Numbered from the stretch's first letter, positions 51,690-62,129 are shown. The stretch is DNA of 64,000 nt from Gemmatimonadota bacterium (GCA_039588295.1 JBDHAB010000018.1:1-64000), one strand, 5' to 3'. Numbers and translations are program-made. Notes: generated from the letters alone by a model not told the origin.

Positions 51690-52870
51690 CCGTCCGAGTC
51701 CCCTGCCCTCTGGTCAACGACCCTTCCGTAAATCTCGGCATACCGTTGCGCGACCGCCCTCGGTGCGAAGCGCTCGAGCGCGTGACGCCGCCCGCTCCGC
51801 CCGAGCCCCGCACCGCGATCCGGGAGACCGAGCACCGCATCGAGTGCCATGGCGAGCGCAGCGTGATCACCCGGTTGCACCAAGTGACCGGTCTCCCCTT
51901 CGACGACGACATCCGGTAGCCCCCCGGACGCAAACGCCACCACCGGCGTTTCGCACAGCTGCGCTTCGATCGCCACGAGGCTCAATCCTTCGTCCACCGA
52001 AGGCATCGCAAGGACGGTCGCGCGCCGGTACAGCTTCGCCAGTTGATCCTGGGGGAGCAACGGATGCCAGCGCACTCTTTCGGCGATACCCAGGTCCCGG
52101 GCGAGTTGACGAGCGGGCTCCTCGCTGCTGCCCACCCCGACCACCACATCGAGCGTGCAGGGGTGGCGCATCACCGCCAGGGCTCGCAACAGATGGTGGA
52201 TGCCCTTCTGAGCATTGAGCTTCCCCACGAACAGCGTCCGATTGTCCGATGCGCGGTCATCGGGTGGGTCGAACAGCGCGGGAACGATCGGCATTGGCGC
52301 AACGACCGGCCGCACGTCCGGCACCGCTGCCGTCGTCTCTCGAGCCAACCAAGTCGAAACCGCGGTGACGACCGATGATCTACGCATCACGTGCCGGAAC
52401 ACCTTCCGTGCAAGCCCGTGCCCTGCGACCACCCGGATGTCTGACCCGTGGAGAGTGGTGACCAGCGGCACGCTCCGCACGCTCCTGAGAACGGTACCGA
52501 CCACCCCGCCCGGGAACCACCAGTGCGCGTGCACCACCGAGGGCCGAAGCCGCCGGGAGACTCTCCCTGCCCGTACGACCTCGGCAGTGAAGAGGCTCGC
52601 AATCGCAAGCCGAGCCTTCCAAGAGCTCTGTACCTGTTGCGCCATCGTGCCGTCGTAGGCCAACGTCTCGAACCGACGAGGCGCATAGCGGAACCGCTCC
52701 ACGGGGATACCCTCGAACTCGTCTTGCGGGCGCAGACCCTCACCGGCCGGCGCAATGACCGTGGACTCGATTCCCTCATCGCGCAACGCGACGGCCAAAC
52801 GAAGCACGAACGAGCCGACAGGATCTCCCTCGTAGCGGGGGAATGAATGCGCGAGGACGAGGACTCTCAC
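51686..52870 (-). CDS. Glycosyltransferase family 4
   Basis: SFPR, HAHW, TLHGSD, FVGKL..QKG, EGLSLVAIEA, GGLPDVV. Confidence 0.9.
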   Translation of the reverse strand: MRVLVLAHSFPRYEGDPVGSFVLRLAVALRDEGIESTVIAPAGEGLRPQDEFEGIPVERFRYAPRRFETLAYDGTMAQQVQSSWKARLAIASLFTAEVVRAGRVSRRLRPSVVHAHWWFPGGVVGTVLRSVRSVPLVTTLHGSDIRVVAGHGLARKVFRHVMRRSSVVTAVSTWLARETTAAVPDVRPVVAPMPIVPALFDPPDDRASDNRTLFVGKLNAQKGIHHLLRALAVMRHPCTLDVVVGVGSSEEPARQLARDLGIAERVRWHPLLPQDQLAKLYRRATVLAMPSVDEGLSLVAIEAQLCETPVVAFASGGLPDVVVEGETGHLVQPGDHAALAMALDAVLGLPDRGAGLGRSGRRHALERFAPRAVAQRYAEIYGRVVDQRAGDSDG

Positions 52871-54333
52871 GACGGCCTCCTCTCCTCGCTCGGCTCGACC
52901 GTCTGGACGACTCGACCTTCAGCATCTTCGATCTGGACGGGGTGCGCTGGCCGCTCCTCAACCCGGACATCCAGCCGGCCGTCTGTCCGCAGCCCCGCAG
53001 CGCGAAGCGAACGGCGACTTCGGCGCCATGCCGTCAGGACCGTCAGCGTTGAGACGAAGGGATCCTCCGCAAGGAGCGCATCGAGAAGCACATCATACGC
53101 GGCTGGCGCTCCCGGAAAACCCAGGGCGGGCGCCATATTGGGGTGCCACACACCGACCCAGGCTCCCTCGACACTCCGACATGCCTCTGCGAGCGTTCGC
53201 CCATCATTGACCCAGGCGGTTGGATCCTCGATCCCCTGGTACTTGCTCTGCGCCCGGTCCATCCACATGAGCGGGACCTCGTCCAGATCAGTCGTCTGTT
53301 CCGCCGCTACGTCCCACCCTGGTACCACGTCCGCAACACCAAGCCGAAACCCGTTTCGGTCGGGAAACCCATAGGTCGCATCGTACGCGAAGCCCGCATC
53401 GGCGATTCCTCGTTGCGTGCGTCCGGGGTTCATACGCACGTAATGCTGTCGAACCCCAGAAACCGGCTTTCCGACAATGTGCTCGAGCCGCGCACGCTGC
53501 TCGACGAACCGCTCGGGACGCTCGAGGGTCTCGAAGCTGCCATGCAACCCGATCTCGTGGCCGCCGTGGGCAACGTCTGTCACGATGGCCGAGGCTCTTC
53601 GCCCCTCCGGCCGATAGGTCAGGTCACCGGCACGCATCGTGGCCACGGTTGGTGAGCCGCACAGCACGAACCATGTTGAAGCGATGCCGCGGTCCGCCTC
53701 GCCCGCGAGGAGGTTCCTTGCCGCGCGTCCAACCGGATCTCGGCCGACGGCCGCCACTGCGGCCCCGAGGACGCGAGCCGCGAGCCCGAGTCGACCCCTG
53801 CGCGCCAGCTCCTGCAGGCGCAGTACGGTAAACACCCCCCAATGGTCTACCACGTCCAGGTCGTGCGTGACGGCGGCGGCCCAGCGCTTGCCGTTTGGCC
53901 ACGGCGCCGCGAGGCGCACGGGCCGGCGACCTGCCGCTGCCAGTACTGTCTTTCGGAGGGTCGCCCCCGCAATCGAGATGACAGGATCCCGCTCGAGCCC
54001 CGCTTCGACGAGCGGGTTTGCCAACGACGGTACGCGTCCGTGGCGGTCTCGGTCCGTTGACCGCTGCTCCACGGCCGCACCCGCCACATCCACCACCGTC
54101 GCCAGTGCACCGCGAGGGACACGCACGACACCGTCGCCAGGTTCCAAGAACCAGTCGTGGGCAACACAGGCACGCAGGTGTCCGGCCCGCTCGTCTCCGT
54201 CCACGACGGTGAGTCGCACGGCGTCCTCGAGCACATCATCCGCGGGAATGAGACGGGCGAGATCGGTCAGCAGAAGCAGCGCGAACCACTCCGCTTCGCT
54301 GAGGCGATCATCGCGCGACGGGAGGCGGAGCAA
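52867..54333 (-). CDS. Polysaccharide deacetylase-like (NodB/CE4 superfamily) protein
   Basis: THDLD, EIGLHGS, RQHY, YDATYG, GFRLG, WH motifs. Confidence 0.8.
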   Translation of the reverse strand: MLRLPSRDDRLSEAEWFALLLLTDLARLIPADDVLEDAVRLTVVDGDERAGHLRACVAHDWFLEPGDGVVRVPRGALATVVDVAGAAVEQRSTDRDRHGRVPSLANPLVEAGLERDPVISIAGATLRKTVLAAAGRRPVRLAAPWPNGKRWAAAVTHDLDVVDHWGVFTVLRLQELARRGRLGLAARVLGAAVAAVGRDPVGRAARNLLAGEADRGIASTWFVLCGSPTVATMRAGDLTYRPEGRRASAIVTDVAHGGHEIGLHGSFETLERPERFVEQRARLEHIVGKPVSGVRQHYVRMNPGRTQRGIADAGFAYDATYGFPDRNGFRLGVADVVPGWDVAAEQTTDLDEVPLMWMDRAQSKYQGIEDPTAWVNDGRTLAEACRSVEGAWVGVWHPNMAPALGFPGAPAAYDVLLDALLAEDPFVSTLTVLTAWRRSRRSLRAAGLRTDGRLDVRVEERPAHPVQIEDAEGRVVQTVEPSEERRPS

Positions 54334-54572
54334 CTACGGTTCCGGGGGCGAGACGGTCACGGCCTGAGGTGGAGAGCGCACTATCAAAAGTCTCGCGTTG
54401 CCCTGAAAGAATCAATCCCACGTGCAGGGGTGACACTCGAGTGTCCTGCTCCCCGCTCGCGAGTGGAGCGACGTATATTTCCGACGCAAACCGCGGACTG
54501 CCGGAAAGGATGGGTTGGCGTACCGGCTGACGGCAGCCCGTCTTCCTTCACCACCCGTCACACACAACGACC

Positions 54573-55628
54573 GTGTCCAAGTCACTGCTTCCGAAGGACC
54601 GCATCCCTTGGCGTCACATCGCGCTCTTCGGCTGGCTCCCGAGCCCGCTCAAGGTCCTGGCCTACCGGCTGTTTCTCGGGTACCGCATTGGCCGCGGGGT
54701 CCGGTTCAGTTTCGGCGGCGTCGTGGTCGGCAAGGAAGTGCAATTGGGCGACCACGTGGAGATCGGCTTCCTCGCAGTCGTCCGCGGCCGGCGAGTCTCG
54801 ATTGGCCGACACTCGAGTGTTGGCACCTTCAGCTACGTCTCGTGTGAGGTGATCGAGATCGGAGAGGACGCCAAGATCCGGGAGCAGGTTTTCGTGGGAG
54901 GGCCTCAGCTTCCCGAGTCCAAGTTCACGCTCGGGGATCGCACTATCGTGCTCCAGATGGCGTTCATCAACCCAACCAAGCCCGTGACGATCGGCGACGA
55001 CACCGGGATTGGCGGCCACTGCTTGATCTTCACCCACGGTGCGTGGCTGAATCAGTTGGATGGATATCCGGTTACCTACCAGTCCGTCACGCTCGGCAAG
55101 AGCGTGTGGCTGCCGTGGCGGGTGTTCCTGATGCCCGGCACGACGATCGGCGATGGCTCGGTGATCGGGGCCAACTCGCTGGTCTCGGGCGAGATTCCTC
55201 CGTACAGCCTCGCGGTCGGGAGCCCGGCCAAGGTCATCAAGAGCGCACCGGACTTCCCTCGACGACTTACGGACGAAGACCGGGCGCGGTACGTGGCGAA
55301 GATGGTGGCGGAGTTCGAGCGTTTGGTGGAGCACGGTGGATACCACGTCGCGGAGGCGGATGGATTCCGCCTCTACGAGCGTGGCGGCACCCGGTGGCGC
55401 CTCGCATGGCGACGAACCGGCACCGAACCCTCGGGACAACCCGCGCGCGGAGACACCGTCCTCTCCGAGGTTCCACTCTCTGACGCGGAGACCGAACGGT
55501 ATCGACGAGACGGCGTCTACTGGCTCGACCTGGCGGGCCGCTCGCGAAGCCGAGCAGGGTCTCCTTTGACGGAGGAACTGGTCGCATTCCTCGGGCGCTT
55601 CGGGATCCGCTTACCGCGGGACGGGTGA
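54573..55628 (+). CDS. Hexapeptide-repeat sugar O-acyltransferase with extra C-terminal domain
   Basis: Left-handed beta-helix repeats, IFTHG, VTLGKSVW, IGANSLV, GSPAKVIK. Confidence 0.8.
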   Translation: MSKSLLPKDRIPWRHIALFGWLPSPLKVLAYRLFLGYRIGRGVRFSFGGVVVGKEVQLGDHVEIGFLAVVRGRRVSIGRHSSVGTFSYVSCEVIEIGEDAKIREQVFVGGPQLPESKFTLGDRTIVLQMAFINPTKPVTIGDDTGIGGHCLIFTHGAWLNQLDGYPVTYQSVTLGKSVWLPWRVFLMPGTTIGDGSVIGANSLVSGEIPPYSLAVGSPAKVIKSAPDFPRRLTDEDRARYVAKMVAEFERLVEHGGYHVAEADGFRLYERGGTRWRLAWRRTGTEPSGQPARGDTVLSEVPLSDAETERYRRDGVYWLDLAGRSRSRAGSPLTEELVAFLGRFGIRLPRDG

Positions 55629-55669
55629 GCGAGGGGCGCGGCGCCCACCTTCCTGATACGCTGAGCGGC

Positions 55670-57154
55670 CTACCAGGCCAACACGTCCACCCATCCGGCC
55701 TCGTTGGCCACCACGACCGTCTTGCCGTCGCTGCTGAAGTCGATCCGGCGCGGACTGCCACCGGTGTCGATCACACCGAGCGTTGCGCGGCTGGTCCGAT
55801 CCACGACCACCACGGCCCCGCGGGACGGCACGCCTGCGACGAGGTGCAAACCGTCTGGCGACAGCGCGATGTCGAAGACCCCGTGATCGAGGGAAACCGA
55901 TTCCGTGACCGTTCCCGACGCCACGCTCAGGATCGCGATGCGCGACCCGCTCTCGTCGGCTACGTAAAGCTCGGCCCCATCGGCGGCGATAGCGAGTCCT
56001 TGCGGCGCGCCACCAACAACAAGCGTGCGGAGCACCGTCAGCGAGCTGGTGGAAACCTCATGCACCGTTCCACTAAACGCCGCCGATACGTAGGCCAGGG
56101 GTTGAGACGGATGGAACACGACGTCGTTCGGGGCCCAGCCCACGGGTATTCGCTCTACCACCGTCATGGTTCCCACGTCGATGACCGCTACGTCGTCCGC
56201 GTTGGTGGTCACAAACAGTCGCAGGTCACCAGGCTCCACACTGACGGTGAACGGATCTGCTGAGACAGGTACGGTCGCCGTCTGGGTCGCCGTCGCGACG
56301 TCGATGAAGCCGACATTCTGGCTGTGCTGATTCGTCACGTAGGCCTTGGTACCGATCGAGTTGAACGCGACTCCCGTCGCGGTGAAGCCTACCGTCGGTC
56401 CATCGGCGAACGCGTACGAAGGGAGTTGCGTCGTACCCAATGCCGTCACATCGAGTCTGGCGACGTACACGAGATCGGATAGCGAAACTGCCACGCCGAA
56501 CGGTCGGGCGCTCAACGACGGACTCGCAACGATGGCGTTAACCGCCACCACCGCAGCCGCGGAAAGCGCCTCGTAGCGCGCAACGATTCGTGTAGATCCG
56601 TGGATCCCGACAGCTGTGATGACGCCGAGCGACGACACGTTCACCAACAACGAGTCCTCGCTCTCAAAGGTGATGGGAATGCCCGGCACGGAATCCCCAT
56701 TGAGATCGACCGCTACTGCGACGAGTTGGGTACTCTCCCCGCGGCGCAACACGACCGACGCCGGAGACAACTGGATGGTCTGCGGTGGTGGCTGGACGAC
56801 GACGGGAATGGCGCGCTGTGGACCGTCCGGCACCCGCGCGGTGATCGCTGCCGTGTCGGCGCGCGTGGCCTCAGCGGTTACCACACCTCCGGGCGTGACG
56901 GTGGCCACGGTCGTGTCGCTCGTGAAGTACTCGACGGGAGTGCCCGGGAGGTGTCGGCCTTGTTGGTCGAGCACCCGAACGGTGAGCGCCAGAAATTCAC
57001 CCGGCTCGAGCAGGAGGGACTCGGGGAGGACTTCTAATGATGTGGGCCGAGCCGGTGCGAGCCCATCGCTTGAGCACGCAACCCAGCCCACCACCCCTAC
57101 GGCCACCAGTACCTCGAGGAATCGCCGGGCTGGGACCATCTGCCACGTGGCCAT
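55670..57154 (-). CDS. Lipoprotein with two Ig-like (Big_2) domains and YVTN/YncE beta-propeller
   Basis: Lipobox WVAC, TSDTTVATV Ig motif, AYVTN and repeated P.g(v/i)a.s.dg blades. Confidence 0.8.
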   Translation of the reverse strand: MATWQMVPARRFLEVLVAVGVVGWVACSSDGLAPARPTSLEVLPESLLLEPGEFLALTVRVLDQQGRHLPGTPVEYFTSDTTVATVTPGGVVTAEATRADTAAITARVPDGPQRAIPVVVQPPPQTIQLSPASVVLRRGESTQLVAVAVDLNGDSVPGIPITFESEDSLLVNVSSLGVITAVGIHGSTRIVARYEALSAAAVVAVNAIVASPSLSARPFGVAVSLSDLVYVARLDVTALGTTQLPSYAFADGPTVGFTATGVAFNSIGTKAYVTNQHSQNVGFIDVATATQTATVPVSADPFTVSVEPGDLRLFVTTNADDVAVIDVGTMTVVERIPVGWAPNDVVFHPSQPLAYVSAAFSGTVHEVSTSSLTVLRTLVVGGAPQGLAIAADGAELYVADESGSRIAILSVASGTVTESVSLDHGVFDIALSPDGLHLVAGVPSRGAVVVVDRTSRATLGVIDTGGSPRRIDFSSDGKTVVVANEAGWVDVLAW

Positions 57155-57256
57155 TCGCGGCCTCCTCTCCTCCCCCCGCATGCCACCCTGCCCCAGTGTC
57201 CCCAGCTGCGAATGTACGGGCGCAGAAAGAACCCCTGCAAGAACGCTGCGGTCGGC

Positions 57257-58216
57257 CTACTGTTCCCGTCGCAACTCGCCCAGCAGGTCCTCGAGAGTGC
57301 GATTCAGTGCCCGCAATTCCTCGCGTGCTCCGGCGACGATCTCACCGACGAAGCCAAAACCGAAGAGTGCCACGCCGGTGATCACCAGCACCATGACCAG
57401 GTCGAGGAGCGGGCGGAATCCAATGTTATATCCGAACCGCAGGATCAGTGCGACGACACCGACGAGCAGGCCGATCGCGAACAGAATCCCACCGGACAGG
57501 CCGAAGAACAGAAGAGGCTTGCGCCCGAAGCGCAGCTGGAACCAGACGGACATGAGATCGATCACTCCGACCGGGATTCGACCCAGCCCGAACTTGGATT
57601 TGCCTGCCTCACGCGGCATCAGCGTTACCGGGCGTTCGGAAACGCGAAACCCGTCAGCCGCCGCGATCACGACCATGAACCGGTGCCAATCCGGCCGTGC
57701 AGGCACGACACCCATCACTTCTCGTCGATACGCTTTGACGGCGTTCAGATCGCTCACCCGGATGCCAAAGAGCAGCCGACAGAGACGGTTGTAGACCCCG
57801 GACACGAACGCCTTTTGGTACTCGCCCTGCTTCGTACCGGTCACGATGTCCGCCTCGCCCGCCCGAATGGGCTCGACAAGCTGCGGAATGTCGGATGGGA
57901 GAAACTGCAGGTCGGCAGGATAGAACACGAAGATCGAACCACTCGCGAGCTCACCGGCCGTCCGCAATGCGTCGGCGATTCCGCGCCGAGACCGATGCCG
58001 TGCTGCTCGAAGAAATGGATACTGTGCCCGGAGGTCTCGCAACACGGTCGGCGTGTCGTCCTGACTGCCGTCATCCACTACGACCACTTCACACGCGTAG
58101 GGTAGGTCGCGGAGCGTTTCGGCACACTGGCGCACGAATTCGGGGAGACTCTCACTCTCGTCCGCTGCGGGTACGAGGACACTGAGTTCCGCCGTCTCCC
58201 CCGCGGCCCAGGTCAT
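57257..58216 (-). CDS. Glycosyltransferase family 2 with C-terminal TM helices (GtrB/ArnC-like)
   Basis: VVDDGSQDDT, PADLQF, WHRFM, REAGKSKF, two C-terminal TM helices. Confidence 0.87.
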   Translation of the reverse strand: MTWAAGETAELSVLVPAADESESLPEFVRQCAETLRDLPYACEVVVVDDGSQDDTPTVLRDLRAQYPFLRAARHRSRRGIADALRTAGELASGSIFVFYPADLQFLPSDIPQLVEPIRAGEADIVTGTKQGEYQKAFVSGVYNRLCRLLFGIRVSDLNAVKAYRREVMGVVPARPDWHRFMVVIAAADGFRVSERPVTLMPREAGKSKFGLGRIPVGVIDLMSVWFQLRFGRKPLLFFGLSGGILFAIGLLVGVVALILRFGYNIGFRPLLDLVMVLVITGVALFGFGFVGEIVAGAREELRALNRTLEDLLGELRREQ

Positions 58217-59685
58217 ACGCGTTTGCGCATCCGCGCCGGCAAAATGCCGAGCTGCTCTCGATACTTGGCGACCGTACGACGCGCGATTTGGATGCCGCGC
58301 CGCTTCAGGGCGCTCACGATGGCAGCGTCCGTCATCGGTCGCGCGGCATCCTCCTCCGCGACCAGCTTACTGATCTGGGCTTTGACCGCACGCGAGCTCG
58401 CGTCTTCTCCAGTGGTCGTACTCACGCTGCTGGAGAAGAAGAACTTGAGCGGATACACGCCGCGGGGTGTCTGCACGTACTTCCGACTCGTGACACGACT
58501 CACCGTCGACTCGTGGAGGTCCAGCACCTCCGCCACTTCACGCAACGTCAGCGGGCGCAGATACTCGACGCCCTTCTCGAAGAACTCCCGCTGACGGTCT
58601 ACGATGAAATGCATGACCTTGAGCATCGTTTGCCGCCGTTGCTCGATCGCCTGAATCAACCAGCTCGCACTGTTCAGCTTCTGCGTGATGAACTCACGGT
58701 TCTCGCCGACAAAGCGTGACTTGTCCCTCGCGAGGTCGCGGTAGACCTTGCTGATCCGCAGGCGCGGCATGCCACCATCATTGAGCGAGATACGATAATC
58801 CCCATCCGGATTGTCGACCACGAGGTCGGGCACGACGTACTCATCGGCCTTCCCCGCAAAACGCAATCCCGGTTTCGGATCCAGCCGGGCGAGTTCGTCC
58901 GCGGCGTTTTGAACATCCTTCGGCGCGAGGCCGTAGCGTTTGGCGAGTTCCGTCCAGCGGTGCCCGATGAGGTCGTCGAACGCTTCGCTGACGAGTCGGT
59001 AGACGAGTGTCTCCTGCTGACCCTCGTCCTCCAACTGCAGCAACAAACACTCGCGTAGATCGCGGGCCCCGACGCCCGCAGGGTCGAGGCGCTGGATCAC
59101 CGCGAGCATCGCAACCGCCTCTTCGAGGGTGAAGGGCTCGTCGAGCGGTCCGGGCGTCCCGGGCTCCTCGTCCTTGCGCGACGTCGCCGCCGCCCGTGCT
59201 AACTCTTCCTCACGGCGCTCATCCGCGCCGGCGAGAATCTCCTCGAGCGACGCGCGGAGATAGCCGTCTTCCGCCGTATTGCCGATGAACTCTTCGCCCA
59301 GAAACAGCTGCCGCTCCGTGATTGTCAGCAGCTGAAGCTGGCTCCGCAGATGATCGCTGAGGTCTGAGATCTCCACGGCCACGGGTTCGTAGTATTCCTT
59401 ATGTTCATACTCCTGGCGGGCTCCCCCGACCGAGAAACCATCGAGGAGGATGTCCTCCCAGTCTACCTCGTCCTTCTCCTCCGCAGATTCCGTCTCCTTG
59501 CTGTCCGTCACGTCCGAGTCATCACCCTCGGCCAACTCGAGGAACGGATTGATCTCGAATTCCGTTTTGAGGTGCTGCTGGAGATCGAGCAACGGCATGT
59601 ACAGCAAATCCATCGCCTGGTACAGGCGGGGATTCATCCTCAGTTCCTGCTTGAGAATCGGGCTCTGTTGCAGGGACGTCTTCAT
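58213..59685 (-). CDS. rpoN: RNA polymerase sigma-54 factor
   Basis: DPAGVGARDLRECL, HESTVSR, RpoN box ARRTVAKYRE. Confidence 0.97.
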   Translation of the reverse strand: MKTSLQQSPILKQELRMNPRLYQAMDLLYMPLLDLQQHLKTEFEINPFLELAEGDDSDVTDSKETESAEEKDEVDWEDILLDGFSVGGARQEYEHKEYYEPVAVEISDLSDHLRSQLQLLTITERQLFLGEEFIGNTAEDGYLRASLEEILAGADERREEELARAAATSRKDEEPGTPGPLDEPFTLEEAVAMLAVIQRLDPAGVGARDLRECLLLQLEDEGQQETLVYRLVSEAFDDLIGHRWTELAKRYGLAPKDVQNAADELARLDPKPGLRFAGKADEYVVPDLVVDNPDGDYRISLNDGGMPRLRISKVYRDLARDKSRFVGENREFITQKLNSASWLIQAIEQRRQTMLKVMHFIVDRQREFFEKGVEYLRPLTLREVAEVLDLHESTVSRVTSRKYVQTPRGVYPLKFFFSSSVSTTTGEDASSRAVKAQISKLVAEEDAARPMTDAAIVSALKRRGIQIARRTVAKYREQLGILPARMRKRV

Positions 59686-60860
59686 GCCACGGCTCCCAAC
59701 CGTTCGCGCAACCGGCTCGTGAGCGTCGGTCCGAGGTAGAGATCGGCCACCTGTTCGTTGAACACTAGCTCACGCACGGTCCCGGCCACCTCGACCTTAC
59801 CCTCGAACATGATGTATGCTCGATCTACGATGTCCAGGGTCTGCTCGACGTTGTGATCCGTAATCAATACCCCGATACCACGACGTCTGAGCCCCGCGAC
59901 GATCGTCTGAATGTCGCTCACCGCGATGGGATCCACGCCCGTGAACGGCTCATCGAGCAGCAGAAACTTGGGTTCGGTCACGAGCGCGCGTGTAATCTCG
60001 AGCCTGCGGCGCTCACCACCCGACAGCTTGAACGCGCGGGTCTTCCGCAGGTGCGATATCGAGAGGTCATCGAGCAACGACTCGAGACGCGCACGACGCT
60101 GCTTGTCCGGGATTGGGAGCGACTCGAGGATCGCCATCACGTTGTCTTCGACCGTGAGCTTTCGGAAGACCGACGGTTCCTGGGCGAGGTACCCGATACC
60201 CCGGCGGGCACGTTTGTACATCGGAAGCGTCGAGATGTCCTCGTCATCGAGATAGATTCGGCCCAATTCCGGGCGCACGAGGCCAACGATCATGTAGAAG
60301 GTGGTCGTCTTGCCAGCTCCGTTCGGCCCCAGCAATCCCACGATCTCTCCTTCGCGAACCTCAAGATCGACTTCGTTGACCACGCGCCTGCGCCGATACG
60401 TTTTGACGAGCCCCCGGGCACCGAGCGTTCGTTCTCCCAACGGCACCGGCTCACCGACGCTTTCTGTTGCTCGCACGGCCTCCACCGCGAGCTCGATCAG
60501 TTGGCGACGCTGCGCCTCCTTCTCCACAACCAGGCCCGACCACACGTCCGGTGCAAACGCGATGGGGGTCGCGTCCAGCAGCGGATCCGGCACCGGCTGC
60601 ACGATGCTCTCTCCCTCAATCCGCGGCAACACCGACGTCTTGAGGTGACGTCGCACCTCGTCCACCGACAGCGCGCCGCGTTGTCGGGCAGCTTCACCCC
60701 ACTCGATCCGCTGGACCTCGAGATAGTGCTCACGATAGGCCACGGCCAGATCGCCGAAGCTCGCCGCACCATCGTCGCCCGCCGCCTGGAGCAACGCCGC
60801 AACGGCGATCGGGAGCGAGGGATCCTTCCCGGTCAGCGCGATCTGCAGACGCTCAATCAA
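59682..60860 (-). CDS. lptB: LPS export ABC ATPase LptB with ~145-aa N-terminal extension
   Basis: GLLGPNGAGKTTTFY, YLAQEPSVF, LSGGERRRLEI, DEPFTGVDPI, ITDHNV, YLG. Confidence 0.93.
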   Translation of the reverse strand: MIERLQIALTGKDPSLPIAVAALLQAAGDDGAASFGDLAVAYREHYLEVQRIEWGEAARQRGALSVDEVRRHLKTSVLPRIEGESIVQPVPDPLLDATPIAFAPDVWSGLVVEKEAQRRQLIELAVEAVRATESVGEPVPLGERTLGARGLVKTYRRRRVVNEVDLEVREGEIVGLLGPNGAGKTTTFYMIVGLVRPELGRIYLDDEDISTLPMYKRARRGIGYLAQEPSVFRKLTVEDNVMAILESLPIPDKQRRARLESLLDDLSISHLRKTRAFKLSGGERRRLEITRALVTEPKFLLLDEPFTGVDPIAVSDIQTIVAGLRRRGIGVLITDHNVEQTLDIVDRAYIMFEGKVEVAGTVRELVFNEQVADLYLGPTLTSRLRERLGAVA

Positions 60861-62125
60861 GGACGGCGCCTCCCGACTGGCTCCAAGTACACGCCATCGG
60901 CCTGTTCGACAATATTCACCCGATCCAACTCCTCATTCTCGAACCACGCCGTGATGCGCTTTCCCCGAGCATAGTTGATGGCCGGCGGCCCCACCTCGCC
61001 CTCTTGCGCGTAGACATGATAGAGCGCCTGCGCGTTGCCGTGCGCTTGCAGCATCACGAGTACCCGCCTTCCGGTCTCCGAGCTGTCGAACCGTGCCACC
61101 AGCGTATCACCCCCGATCCAATCCGCACCAGCCGACAAGGAATCCGTCGCTGACGTCGCCCTCGTAGCGCCAAACGCGCGCACTTCGGCGAGCAGCTGGT
61201 CCGGCGCATCGATCGCCAATGAATCTCCTTCAATCGTCTGCGATGCCGACACCGCCCGCGCACGCGTGGAATCACCCCACACGGCTCCACCCTGCAGCCG
61301 GTCATGTGCGATGTTGAACTCGATGGTGTCCCCCCGTGCCTCCCACTCAGCGCTGGTCGCTTCCGCCTGCCGCTGCGCTTGTACCCAGTGGAGCTCGCCG
61401 TCGAGCAGGCGAAAGGCAATGCGCTTCCCGCGAATCGTGTATCCCGTGGAATCCCGTCCCGCCGCCTCCGCATTGCCTATCAGCAGGCCCTCACCGACGT
61501 CCATATTCAGGGCGGCACTGTCACCGCGTGCCGCGAAGTCTTCCCGATCGATGGTCACCGCTCCACCGGCCCACGCCAACCCGTCACCTTTCAGACGCAC
61601 GCGATCGCCGTTGATGACATAGGGCTCCTCCTGCGGAGCTTCCCGCCGCCGATATTCCACCATCGGCCGCTCGGTCGCGTACAGCTCCGACGTGTCCCGA
61701 ATCCCAGGCGCAATCCGGTAATAGGTGAGATTGGTGCCGGTCAGCACCGACCCCGTGCTTTCGTCCACCAACCGAACGTTCCCGAGAGCGTTCAGGCGCT
61801 CCACGTTTGGGAAGTACCGCGCCCGGTCCGACTCCAGCCGAGTGGTCGAATCCCGAAACCGCACAACACCCTCGAAGTCCATCCGCCCAAGATCCTGATA
61901 CCACGCTACGCTATCGGCGCGAATGGTCGTGGGTTGCCCGATGCACCGGGCCAACACCCCACCGCTCCAGAACGCGCGAAAGCGCCCGGTTCCCACTCGG
62001 ATCCGCCGGACCGCACCACCTTCAACGAGCTCGGGCCGGCACGAGCCGCCGATCTGTGCCGTGCCTGGCTCGGGGGTCGCAGCCACCACCATTAGCATCA
62101 CAACGCCAGCCACGAGTCGCCGCAC
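60857..62125 (-). CDS. lptA: Large OstA/LptA-like multi-jellyroll periplasmic protein
   Basis: Signal peptide, repeated beta-jellyroll motifs (ADSV, ALGNV), located between lptC and lptB. Confidence 0.75.
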   Translation of the reverse strand: MRRLVAGVVMLMVVAATPEPGTAQIGGSCRPELVEGGAVRRIRVGTGRFRAFWSGGVLARCIGQPTTIRADSVAWYQDLGRMDFEGVVRFRDSTTRLESDRARYFPNVERLNALGNVRLVDESTGSVLTGTNLTYYRIAPGIRDTSELYATERPMVEYRRREAPQEEPYVINGDRVRLKGDGLAWAGGAVTIDREDFAARGDSAALNMDVGEGLLIGNAEAAGRDSTGYTIRGKRIAFRLLDGELHWVQAQRQAEATSAEWEARGDTIEFNIAHDRLQGGAVWGDSTRARAVSASQTIEGDSLAIDAPDQLLAEVRAFGATRATSATDSLSAGADWIGGDTLVARFDSSETGRRVLVMLQAHGNAQALYHVYAQEGEVGPPAINYARGKRITAWFENEELDRVNIVEQADGVYLEPVGRRRP

Positions 62126-62129
62126 GACG

